This document shows positions 42,983 through 51,219 of a stretch of 64,000 bases of DNA, one piece after another (the first letter of the stretch is position 1; every line of letters starts with the position of its first letter). This stretch comes from an uncultured Fusobacterium sp. (GTDB lineage Bacteria > Bacillota > Clostridia > Lachnospirales > Lachnospiraceae). The stretch covers positions 26 to 64,025 of the forward strand of contig CAUTRK010000009.1 in the NCBI GenBank assembly GCA_963540885.1, written 5' to 3'. The position numbers and the translations under genes are program-made. The notes beneath the pieces are model-generated. The model saw nothing but the letters and a program-made list of their open reading frames with translations, had not been told where the DNA came from and searched no databases.

Positions 42983-43258
42983 TCATCTTATAAACCCATC
43001 TTGAATATGAATGACCGGGCTTGTCTTCGGCGCGTTCTTGTACATCTCGTTAAGCTGATGCCGCCTGACGCGCTGAATATCCGCGTTCCTGTGTCCATCC
43101 TGACACGTCTCATATTTTCTACACCTAATGCAGTTGTAACCGGCTGTGCATAGATCGCATCTGTCCGCATCGCACTGATACCGGAACCGCAGTTTATATT
43201 TGCATTCGTGCTCCGAGCAATCCTTTATGCTGCAATGCTTAATATCATTGAACAGCAT
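42983..43258 (-). CDS. Cys-rich hypothetical protein
   Basis: 91 aa with about 12 Cys residues. Its stop overlaps the start of the methyltransferase ORF. Confidence 0.45.
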   Translation of the reverse strand: MLFNDIKHCSIKDCSEHECKYKLRFRYQCDADRCDLCTAGYNCIRCRKYETCQDGHRNADIQRVRRHQLNEMYKNAPKTSPVIHIQDGFIR

Positions 43259-43493
43259 TTCTTTCCTCTTTTGCCCGCATTGTAAGCGCTGCTATCTGCT
43301 GTATGGTTTCCGCTTCCTCGGTTCCGTCCATTGCTTCTCCGCAGTATGGGCAGTACCGATATGTGCATATCTTTTTCTTGTCTGTTGATTTCTTCGGCGC
43401 TCCTATCGCTACATCCTGGACGCGCTCCCCGCACGCCGGGCAAATGAATATTCTCGACTTGATGCGCGTGTTCTCCGGTGTCCACAGTCTCAT
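43245..43493 (-). CDS. Zinc-ribbon protein
   Basis: The start MRLWTPENT.. at 43493 forms an ATGA overlap. Contains CPACG....CPYCG. Confidence 0.45.
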   Translation of the reverse strand: MRLWTPENTRIKSRIFICPACGERVQDVAIGAPKKSTDKKKICTYRYCPYCGEAMDGTEEAETIQQIAALTMRAKEERNAVQ

Positions 43494-44380
43494 AGCATGT
43501 TCCCCTTTGCTTTCTGATATGCCGCCTGCCACTTTCTGTAGTTCTCCATAACCGCCCGCGAATATTCCGTGCTGTCATACTTTGCCGAACCCATGTTGTA
43601 AGCGACGACCGCCCGCTCCGTCTCTCCGTACCTTCTGACGCAATCCCCGTATACATAGATCGCGCCCTTGATATTCAACTCATAATCAAGCATTTCGTCC
43701 ATGGAGCTGATACCGAACATTTTTTTGAATGTTCCCTGCCAGGACTTCCGGTTGAGCTGAAACAGCCCGTAATCATGCGTGTTATGATTGACCGCTGTCG
43801 TGCTGAATGTCCCACCGGTTTCCTTGTCTGCCAGCGCAAGCGCCATGATGTAGTCATATCCCGCGCCCGTCCACATGGTATAAAGTGTTTTCTGCTGCTC
43901 CCGTGTGAGCGGCACTTCTTCCAGATAGATAAACCATGCTGCCTCGTCCGGTTCCGTTTCTTCTGTCGGTGCTGCTGCCGTCTCCGCCTGCTCCGCCGTC
44001 TCGATTGGCGGTGCTTCATCGATCTCGATTACATCCCGTTCCGAATGAATCTCAATCATGATTGGTTCTTCCGCCGTCTCCATCGTCTCGACTGCTGCCA
44101 TGGCCGGGAATGTGTCCGCCGTGTTTGCCCCGATGAATACCGCGACTGTTGCCAGGACTGCTCCCGCTGCCGCGATAGTTCCCCGGCAGGCGGTTCTTCT
44201 CCGTCTTATCCTTCTGCGGATCCTTGCCGCTTTCTGGAATGTGGCTCCCGCCGCCATCATCAGCATACATGCCAGCATACCGCCGACTGTCACGCTCACC
44301 TCATTCAAATCAGCCCCGGACGCAAAGAGCATTTCCCCGAAAAATCCGATACCGATCAGAACATCCCCGACCACCTTCAT
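43490..44380 (-). CDS. Membrane-anchored lytic transglycosylase (SLT domain)
   Basis: N-terminal TM helices, an acidic linker, and a C-terminal ..ADKETGG...HDYGLFQLN....AYNMG.. Confidence 0.65.
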   Translation of the reverse strand: MKVVGDVLIGIGFFGEMLFASGADLNEVSVTVGGMLACMLMMAAGATFQKAARIRRRIRRRRTACRGTIAAAGAVLATVAVFIGANTADTFPAMAAVETMETAEEPIMIEIHSERDVIEIDEAPPIETAEQAETAAAPTEETEPDEAAWFIYLEEVPLTREQQKTLYTMWTGAGYDYIMALALADKETGGTFSTTAVNHNTHDYGLFQLNRKSWQGTFKKMFGISSMDEMLDYELNIKGAIYVYGDCVRRYGETERAVVAYNMGSAKYDSTEYSRAVMENYRKWQAAYQKAKGNML

Positions 44381-44381
44381 T

Positions 44382-44621
44382 TCACACCTCCTGCTTTAAT
44401 CTCTCCTTATTCCAGTATGTTTTTTCCTGTGCCACTTCCGCCCTGTACTCCGGTTTTCCGTTCTTGTCCACATTCCCGGTTCTTCCCCTGCGCAATTCCC
44501 TATAAATCACCGATCTGTCTGCGCCTAAGACTCTTGCAATCTCCATGACCGAGCTTCCATTCTCGTAAAGTTCTTCAATCTTCTTTCTGTTTTCCAGCGT
44601 AAGCCATGGTCTCCTGTTCAT
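44382..44621 (-). CDS. HTH DNA-binding protein
   Basis: 79 aa with ..ENRKKIEELYENGSSVMEIARVLGADRSVIYRELRRG.. (HTH_38/IS30-N-like). Confidence 0.6.
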   Translation of the reverse strand: MNRRPWLTLENRKKIEELYENGSSVMEIARVLGADRSVIYRELRRGRTGNVDKNGKPEYRAEVAQEKTYWNKERLKQEV

Positions 44622-44638
44622 TCCTTCCCTCGTCTTTC

Positions 44639-44932
44639 TTATATTTCAATCCTTCGATACACTGTCAGTTGCAGATCCGCAAAGCTATAGTCCGCCAGCT
44701 TATCCGGTTCCAACGGGTTTAACAGTCCTCGTTCCTTCCACTGCTTATGCGAAATGTCCGTTTGAATTGTCAGCCTCTTAACCGGCCTATCCTTCACTGC
44801 TTCATATTCTTGGCAATGGTTGAGCATGATCCCGCGATATCCGGCGAATATAACCCTGCTGCCCTCCGTTATCATCACACTGTCCGGATTTTCCATGAGT
44901 TCTACTATCTGACTGACTATGACCGGCTCCAT
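44639..44932 (-). CDS. Hypothetical protein (first gene at the right prophage end)
   Basis: 97-aa ORF. Confidence 0.45.
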   Translation of the reverse strand: MEPVIVSQIVELMENPDSVMITEGSRVIFAGYRGIMLNHCQEYEAVKDRPVKRLTIQTDISHKQWKERGLLNPLEPDKLADYSFADLQLTVYRRIEI

Positions 44933-44950
44933 TGTTCCTCCGATTTTTGC

Positions 44951-44992
44951 ATAAAAAATAGTGCGCCAGAAGCATTTAACTTCTGACGCACT
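44951..44992 (-). terminator. Hairpin plus U-run on the minus strand
   Basis: agtgcgtcagaag-ttaaatg-cttctggcgcact followed by attttttat on the minus strand. A 12-bp stem with one mismatch. Confidence 0.45.
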
Positions 44993-45187
44993 TCGTCATT
45001 GCTCAATCCTTATGAAGTGCTCCGTCCGTCCAGTTGGCTAACTGTTGGCTTCTGTTGCACTTAGTTTATTATCTCGGCCCTGAATGCTTGACAGCGCTTT
45101 TTCACCTGAATGGTTACCATTTAGCACAGCATCACAGCTTGAATTCTCAGGCTGGCGCCTGTCCTCAGCCCTGCGCGCAAGCCTCAT

Positions 45188-46252
45188 CTACAGGCGCCGC
45201 TCCAGCAGCACATATTCATAGCGCCGCACGATCCGGCTGCGGGCATAGTTCTGTGTGACCTTCCCGTCCCGCGCGAGTGCGGCTATGCTCGAAAGACGTT
45301 TTTCTCTCAGCTGTCTCCAGATACAGCCGGCAATCGCGCTTCCAAGTCCGGGGTGCTCCGGCGCCGCGCCAAGATACAGCAGCACATAAGCCTTTGGTTT
45401 CCGCCTCAGGCAAAGTATACGCAGAAGGTTGCGTGGATCGCCCGTGTGGTACACCCTGTTTCCGTAGTCCGGCACACCGACCAAAAAGCCGACCGCTTCT
45501 CCCTGATAATATGCTATCTTTACCATCTCCATATTCAAAATATGGCGATAGCCGTCAAACAGGGTGCGGAAATCTGCGAGGGAAATCTCCTTGTAGACAG
45601 GAAAATCCCGATAAAGCGACGTAATCAGACCATAGAGCGTCTCAAGCGCGCTGTCAAAGTCCTTCCGCTCAGGGCTCACAATATCGTAGCCCCTCTCCAG
45701 AAAAAGTTCCAAGCGCCGCTCGCACTTTTCTTTGTCCGCAGGAATATCCGCCGGATAGCCGTTGGAGACATAATGCTCCTTTACCCTGTAACCATTCTCC
45801 AGAAAAAGCTCATAGTAATACTCCCTGTTGTAGGGCTCTCCGGTGTAGGGCGTCCGCTCAAAGCCGTTGATCTTCAGACGGTAGCCAAGCCAGAAGGACG
45901 CATTTACCGGTCCGATGACGCTTTCGCAGTTCATTTTTTTCGCAAATCGCCGGACGTTTTCAAAGAGGAAGCGCGCCACCGCCGTGCTGTTCACGCACTC
46001 AAAAAAGCCAAGGTAAGCAAGCGCATCCTCCGGATAACGGACGATACAGAACCTCCCGACCGCTTCCTTCCCGTCATAGATCAAAAATGCCGTGAGCCGG
46101 AAATACCCGCTCAGAGGATGAATCCCCAGAAGAAGCTTCTTCACCTCCTCCGGGCTTTCCATATTGGTGCTTCTGCTGTAAAGCTTCTTCGGCAGTCTCA
46201 GAAAATCCCGAACACGGCGTCTCTCCAGCTCAACGCTCACTGCCCGCAGCAT
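45188..46252 (-). CDS. Two-domain GNAT-fold acyltransferase-like protein
   Basis: 354 aa with ..LGFFECVNSTAVARFLFENVRRFAKKMNCESVIGPVNASFWLGYRL.. and a second ..LYLGAAPEHPGLGSAIA.. segment. Last gene of the operon. Confidence 0.4.
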   Translation of the reverse strand: MLRAVSVELERRRVRDFLRLPKKLYSRSTNMESPEEVKKLLLGIHPLSGYFRLTAFLIYDGKEAVGRFCIVRYPEDALAYLGFFECVNSTAVARFLFENVRRFAKKMNCESVIGPVNASFWLGYRLKINGFERTPYTGEPYNREYYYELFLENGYRVKEHYVSNGYPADIPADKEKCERRLELFLERGYDIVSPERKDFDSALETLYGLITSLYRDFPVYKEISLADFRTLFDGYRHILNMEMVKIAYYQGEAVGFLVGVPDYGNRVYHTGDPRNLLRILCLRRKPKAYVLLYLGAAPEHPGLGSAIAGCIWRQLREKRLSSIAALARDGKVTQNYARSRIVRRYEYVLLERRL

Positions 46253-48554
46253 CGCTTTTCATCACCTCCAGCTCTCCCGTACTCCCGTTCATTCTAATCC
46301 GATCACCATTTCTGATCTTCTCCGTGATACCCTTCACGCCCACGACAGACGGAAGCTTCAGTTCTCTTGAAATAATTGCGGTGTGTGAGAGGAGCGAACC
46401 GCGCTCCGAGACAACGCCCTTCGCCAACATCAGAAGAAATACCCAGCCGGGATCCGTCATTTTTGTGATCAGGATTTTCCCTCTGACATCGCCGGGACGA
46501 TTCACGTCTGTCACGACAAGCGCCTCTCCCTCCGCGATTCCCGCAGCGCAGGGTGTGCCGTACAGACGGTTGTTCTCGCTCCGAAAGAAGCTCTCTGCAT
46601 TCACACTCCGATGAACCTTATCAAACTCCTCCTTTTCAAAAATCAAACGGCTGTAGGCGGGAAGCTTTTCATAGAGCCTCCACCGCTCCTTTTTCACCTC
46701 GATTCTGCCTCTGTATTCCGTGCGCAGCGTCTCACTGCCTGTCAGAGGCGCTTTTCTCTCCGCAAGCGCGAAAACCTCCGCCTCCTCCAGCCAGAAAATC
46801 TCCTCTTTCCCCTCCAAAAGCCCTTCTTCCGCGAAACGCTCTCCCAGCGCAAGAAAAATCCCCCTCACCATGCCGTAAATCCGACTCCGGTTCAATCGCG
46901 CCGTCTCGCGGCTGCGAATCCCCTTCGCGCACTTCTCCGCAAGCAGCGCAGTCAGAAAACCCTCTCCCCGAGGCGCCGTCCGCCGCGCTCCGTGCAGCCT
47001 GGTATGCAACTCCCTCAGACGCTCCGGCGCCGCCGCGTATTCCTCCACCTTCTGCTGCAGCAGCTCCGGATCGCTCCGGAAGGTTCTGCTCTCAAGCTTC
47101 AGCTCCTCCATGCTGCGGTCCCCATATTCCTCCAGATAGCTCTGAAAGGCGCTTCTGTACTCCACGCTTTCCAACGCGCCCCGTCCGCCTCCGTTTTCCA
47201 GCCAGCACAGAGCGAGCGCTGTCAGCGCCTTCAGCGGCCGCAGACTCTCAATATCGGAGATTCCTGAGATGTACCGGTGCAGTTTCTCCTCCGCATCCCC
47301 GTACCTTTTCTGAAGCCGGCGCTTCAGAAGCCCCGTGAAAATAAACGCATAGAGATCGTTCAACAGCGTGACATCCCAGACAGCGAAGAGACGTTCCTGA
47401 AGCAGACGATAGAGGGAGGCGAGCTCTGCCGCGGACATACCGGGGTCAAAGCGTTCCCTGTACAGTGTCTTCACCTCCTTGAAGGCTGCACCCAGCTCCT
47501 CCATGTGCCGCTGCACAGTCAGCAGCTCATATGCCGCGTTAAAATACGTCCCAAGCCGGAGAAGAAGCGGCAGCTTTACCGCGCGGCTGTCGTACTCCCT
47601 GCTTCTCACGCCCATCATCTCCTGCCAGACAGGAATCAGCTTTCGGTTCAGCGGCAGAAATCGGATCGCCGTGTACCAGTTGCTGATCTTGTAGTACATC
47701 CTTCCATTGACGCTGCCAACCATATTCCGGAATGTTTCCTCATGCCTCTGCAGCACCCGCTCATTTTTCAGAACTCTTGCGGAGAGCCCCCGGAAGACAC
47801 CGGCGTACACCTTCTTCACAAAGCTGCAGGTGAGCGGCAGAGAGATACCGGGATAGCTCTCTACAATGTTGCTGTTGTCCATGATCAGCGGTGCGGAAAA
47901 ATCCAGCGTCGTGATTCGGCGCGCCTGAAGAATAAAAACGCTTCCGCCCGCAATGGCAAACTCGATGTCCATGCCCTCTCCCAGCAGCGCGCAGATTCTC
48001 TCCGAGAGAGCGACCAGCTCCTCCACCCTGTCCTTTTCCAGCAGCGCCTCCCGTCCTTCACGGTAATAGACGCGGTCTGTGCGATGATAGTAATAGCTGC
48101 TGGTCTCTGTCGTACCGCTTACGACGCCCTCCCCCGGCCCTCTCCCACAGACAATGACGCTCTCATTCAGAAGCCCCTGCGGATTGGAGCTGAAGATGAC
48201 GCCGGAAAGCTCCGCCGGAACCATTTTCTGGACGATGACATGCATCCTGATTTTCCGTGAACCTTTCTGATAGGCAGCGACCGCCTTTTTCTCAGCCGAA
48301 GCAAAGCACGCCGCAATTTTCTCCTTCAGCGCCGCTCTTCCCACATTCAGAAAAGTATCGAACTGCCCCGCAAAGCTCTGCTCCGCACCGTCCTCCACGT
48401 CGGCGGAGGAACGGACAGCCGAATACTCCCATGGAAACACCGTCTTCCATTGCTCCGGTGTATTTCTCTGTTCATTCGGGATAACGCGAAACTCCGGCAC
48501 CGGAAATCCGTTTTCCAACAGCAGTGTGAGATTTTCCGCTTTTTTCCCTGTCAT
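46230..48554 (-). CDS. PEP-utilising dikinase-like protein (PPDK-N ATP-grasp plus swivel phosphohistidine domain)
   Basis: N-terminal GKKAENL...SSADVEDGAEQSFAGQFDTFLNV and C-terminal ..ILITKMTDPGWVFLL..AKGVVSERGSLLSHTAIISRELKLPSVVG. An alternative upstream start lies at 48626. Confidence 0.75.
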   Translation of the reverse strand: MTGKKAENLTLLLENGFPVPEFRVIPNEQRNTPEQWKTVFPWEYSAVRSSADVEDGAEQSFAGQFDTFLNVGRAALKEKIAACFASAEKKAVAAYQKGSRKIRMHVIVQKMVPAELSGVIFSSNPQGLLNESVIVCGRGPGEGVVSGTTETSSYYYHRTDRVYYREGREALLEKDRVEELVALSERICALLGEGMDIEFAIAGGSVFILQARRITTLDFSAPLIMDNSNIVESYPGISLPLTCSFVKKVYAGVFRGLSARVLKNERVLQRHEETFRNMVGSVNGRMYYKISNWYTAIRFLPLNRKLIPVWQEMMGVRSREYDSRAVKLPLLLRLGTYFNAAYELLTVQRHMEELGAAFKEVKTLYRERFDPGMSAAELASLYRLLQERLFAVWDVTLLNDLYAFIFTGLLKRRLQKRYGDAEEKLHRYISGISDIESLRPLKALTALALCWLENGGGRGALESVEYRSAFQSYLEEYGDRSMEELKLESRTFRSDPELLQQKVEEYAAAPERLRELHTRLHGARRTAPRGEGFLTALLAEKCAKGIRSRETARLNRSRIYGMVRGIFLALGERFAEEGLLEGKEEIFWLEEAEVFALAERKAPLTGSETLRTEYRGRIEVKKERWRLYEKLPAYSRLIFEKEEFDKVHRSVNAESFFRSENNRLYGTPCAAGIAEGEALVVTDVNRPGDVRGKILITKMTDPGWVFLLMLAKGVVSERGSLLSHTAIISRELKLPSVVGVKGITEKIRNGDRIRMNGSTGELEVMKSDAAGSER

Positions 48555-48667
48555 ATCCTCTCCCCGATGCTCCGGAGCCTCCGAAGCCTCTGACGCTGCC
48601 GACCACACTCCGGCTCCGCCGCCCATCCCTCCGCGGGAGGGCAGTCTCCTTTTTGCGGCGCTCTTAT

Positions 48668-49639
48668 CTATCCGATCTTTCCGAATACGAGATAGCCCAT
48701 GATCGTCAGGAGCATCAGCGATTCCTGAAGATAGGTATAGCGCTCCACCTGGGCGACAAGCGCAAAGCGCTCCGGATTCCGGATGAACTGCACAAAGCGC
48801 AGGCTCATCCAGCCGACCAGAAGCGCGAGCAGAAGCAGGGTGAGCTTATTCAGATTCCAGACAAGAATCATATTCGTGACAATATCTGCCAGCGTCAGGA
48901 TCAGTACAAAGCGCGTCGGGCGCACATAGCCGAAAAGCTTTGAGTAGGTGACGTAGTCATTTTCATCCTTCGGCGCTCTGATCTTTCTGGATATCTCCCA
49001 GATCAAGGCCGGAAAATACAAGGTCCAGAGCGTCATGACCGTAATCAGCGAAACTGCCGGCGTCAGACGATACTTGATCACAGTAAAGGAGATGATGTAG
49101 AGGTTTACAAACATCTGCACCGGATTGTGTGTGACAAGCGCCAACGGAAGGCTCGGCTGAATTCTTGCCCGCTGAAAGAACCACTTGCTCATAAGGTAGC
49201 CGTAGAGATACAGGATGCAGAAGAAGGGTAAATTATTCATGAAGCAGAAATTCAGTCCTGCGGCGACCGTCTGTGCGATGGCGCAGATAATCACGACATC
49301 GCTCCTTCTGGTCCTGCCGCTCGGCAGCGGGCGTTCCGGAAACAGCCGCATATCCGTCTCATAGTCCTTCAGATCATCCGCGATGCGGAGCCAGAGAAGA
49401 AAGGCAAACACTGTATAAGCGCCCGTGATTTCCTGTACACCGATCCGGAACTCCGTCACCCCGTAATTCAGCAGAACAATGAAATGAATCTCCAGAAATA
49501 TGATAAGTCCGAGCAGAAGACGCGCGAATACAGGATAGCGCTCCCGAAAATAGATATACAGTCGTCCTCCCACAGCTCCCCCGTTCCTTCTCCGCTCTTT
49601 TTCGCGACACACTCTGTTCCTTCTCAGTCCCGGCGGCAA
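48668..49639 (-). CDS. UbiA-family prenyltransferase-like membrane protein
   Basis: Polytopic membrane protein with an Asp-rich motif (LRIADDLKDYETD). The start is uncertain. Confidence 0.5.
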   Translation of the reverse strand: MPPGLRRNRVCREKERRRNGGAVGGRLYIYFRERYPVFARLLLGLIIFLEIHFIVLLNYGVTEFRIGVQEITGAYTVFAFLLWLRIADDLKDYETDMRLFPERPLPSGRTRRSDVVIICAIAQTVAAGLNFCFMNNLPFFCILYLYGYLMSKWFFQRARIQPSLPLALVTHNPVQMFVNLYIISFTVIKYRLTPAVSLITVMTLWTLYFPALIWEISRKIRAPKDENDYVTYSKLFGYVRPTRFVLILTLADIVTNMILVWNLNKLTLLLLALLVGWMSLRFVQFIRNPERFALVAQVERYTYLQESLMLLTIMGYLVFGKIG

Positions 49640-50526
49640 GACTGACGCACCGCATTCTGCGCCTCTGCCGCAGCTGTACGTCCTATCGTCTCCCTGTACC
49701 GCACCCGGATCTCCGTCTCTCTCCCGCAGAATGCCAGGATATCCTTATCAAGCACCGCTGCGTTCTTTTTCAAGAGCAGCACAATGGTGGAGCCGCCCAG
49801 CTGAAAAAAGCCCTTTTCCTCCCCCTTCCAAAAGCGACGGATGCCGTGATCCACTATGCTCCCCACCAGCAGCGCACCGACCTCGACCATGATGATTTCC
49901 CCAAAGTGCCTGCTCTTCAGGATGCTGACCAGGCGGGCATTCTCCTGATAGATCCGATATTCGTTGGAAAAATCGGACACAGTGTGCAATCTTCCCCTCA
50001 GTCTTTTCTTTCTCAGCAGCACCCCGTCGTCCGGAAAGCAGTAGCGATGATAGTCGTCCATCGACAGGCGGAAAACAAGGCAGAGCCCTCCCTCAAAGCC
50101 GCTCAGTGCAACGCCTCCGGTCAGCTGCCGCAGCGTATATTCATGTCCCTTGATGTGCAGCCTTCCGTCTCTCCGGATCGGGAACAGGCGAAGCTTTGCA
50201 TCTGCAGGAGAGATCAGCGCATCCGCCTCTCCGCGAAGGGGACGCGCCTCCTCCCTGATTTTTCGTATAAAAAAATCATTGAAGGAGCGATAGCGCGCCG
50301 TCTCATACTCCGGGAGAGCAATGTGCCAACGCCTTATAAAGGGCAGGATTTCTCTTCTGCTGAGCAGCGAGCGGTAGTACACACCGCACAGCGCGGAAAA
50401 TGCCGGATGCAGCACGAGGACAGACAGGAAACGCCCTCCGGCTGTCCCGTACAGCTTTTTCAGGAGCGCGCCGCCATACTGTCCATCCTCCTCGCAGCTC
50501 TGCTTATTTCGGTCGTAAATCCGCAT
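49624..50526 (-). CDS. psd: Phosphatidylserine decarboxylase proenzyme
   Basis: C-terminal ..FQLGGSTIVLLL (the G-S-T self-cleavage motif). Start MRIYDRN with RBS gggagag. Confidence 0.75.
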   Translation of the reverse strand: MRIYDRNKQSCEEDGQYGGALLKKLYGTAGGRFLSVLVLHPAFSALCGVYYRSLLSRREILPFIRRWHIALPEYETARYRSFNDFFIRKIREEARPLRGEADALISPADAKLRLFPIRRDGRLHIKGHEYTLRQLTGGVALSGFEGGLCLVFRLSMDDYHRYCFPDDGVLLRKKRLRGRLHTVSDFSNEYRIYQENARLVSILKSRHFGEIIMVEVGALLVGSIVDHGIRRFWKGEEKGFFQLGGSTIVLLLKKNAAVLDKDILAFCGRETEIRVRYRETIGRTAAAEAQNAVRQSCRRD

Positions 50527-50562
50527 TCTTCTCTCCCTTCTCCCCATCCTCCGATCGCGCTC

Positions 50563-51219
50563 TCATCCGCACAGCGCGGGGATCCCAATCCAGTAAAACA
50601 GAAGAAGCCCAACAAACAAAAGCCCGAACAGCAAATACGCTGCGCCCGACGGCTTCCTGACGGGAATATCCAGAATCTCAAGGACGCCGATAGCAGGAAG
50701 CGCCCAGCCGTAGAAAACTGCGAACTGCGCAGCTGTCAGCCTCCACAGAAGGGCGTAGAGGAGAGGCAGCAGCAGCGCTGTATAGGTGACCGGAAGCCCG
50801 CGATAAAAGTGGAGCGGTTCTCCGTCCATCTCCCCGACAAGAATATGAAAGTACGCGAGCCGCGCAATGCCGCAGACTGCAAAGAAAATCAGCAGGAGCA
50901 AACGATACCATGTCATCGCGCCGAGGGACAGCGCGATCACAGCAGGAAAGGCGACAAAGCTGACCGCATCCGCCAACGAGTCCAGTTCTGTCCCAAAGTG
51001 TTTTTCTTCTTCACTTCGCCTGCAGCGTCTCGCCACAGGTCCGTCCGCAAGATCGAAGACCCCTGCAAAAGCGAGGCAGCTCATTGCTGCGCGGAGGCGG
51101 AACGCCGGGAGCTCCGCCCCCGGAAGCCCTCCTGCCGCGAAGCCCATGCCAAGAATCGACGCAGCGACACCCGCGTAGGTCAGAACGACAGATCGGTTCC
51201 ATTTTCCAACTATTTTCAT
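50563..51219 (-). CDS. pssA: CDP-alcohol phosphatidyltransferase (phosphatidylserine synthase-like)
   Basis: DLADGPVARRCRRSEEEKHFGTELDSLADAVSF matches DGx2ARx8Gx3Dx3D. Confidence 0.8.
   Translation of the reverse strand: MKIVGKWNRSVVLTYAGVAASILGMGFAAGGLPGAELPAFRLRAAMSCLAFAGVFDLADGPVARRCRRSEEEKHFGTELDSLADAVSFVAFPAVIALSLGAMTWYRLLLLIFFAVCGIARLAYFHILVGEMDGEPLHFYRGLPVTYTALLLPLLYALLWRLTAAQFAVFYGWALPAIGVLEILDIPVRKPSGAAYLLFGLLFVGLLLFYWIGIPALCG

Larger units (their letters stand above)
41359..42986 (-). pseudogene. DNA (cytosine-5) methyltransferase, circularly permuted and frameshifted twice
   Basis: Three overlapping frames. Frame 1 (42986-42480) has LGDITK, GGSPCQDLS and VWENVPG. Frame 2 (42811-41996) has DAQFWGVPQRRKRI. 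Frame 3 (42027-41359) has RRYTPLEEERLQGYPDGW and RYKALGNSIALP, then MGSLFDGIGG...ASEIEEFPIAVTKFHFPE (motifs I-II) at the C-terminus. Confidence 0.75.
1..44995 (-). mobile_element. Integrated myovirus-like prophage (partial; continues left of the window)
   Basis: Continuous minus-strand array of terminase, portal, protease, capsid, sheath, tube, tape measure, baseplate and fibre genes plus replication and modification genes. It ends near 45.0 kb, where a host-type operon begins. No integrase or lysis cassette lies inside the window. Confidence 0.85.

Noticed and set aside
1-45000. Integrase, excisionase, holin/endolysin and DGR reverse transcriptase genes.
   Set aside because: I searched all frames and found none in the window. 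They are presumed to lie left of position 1.
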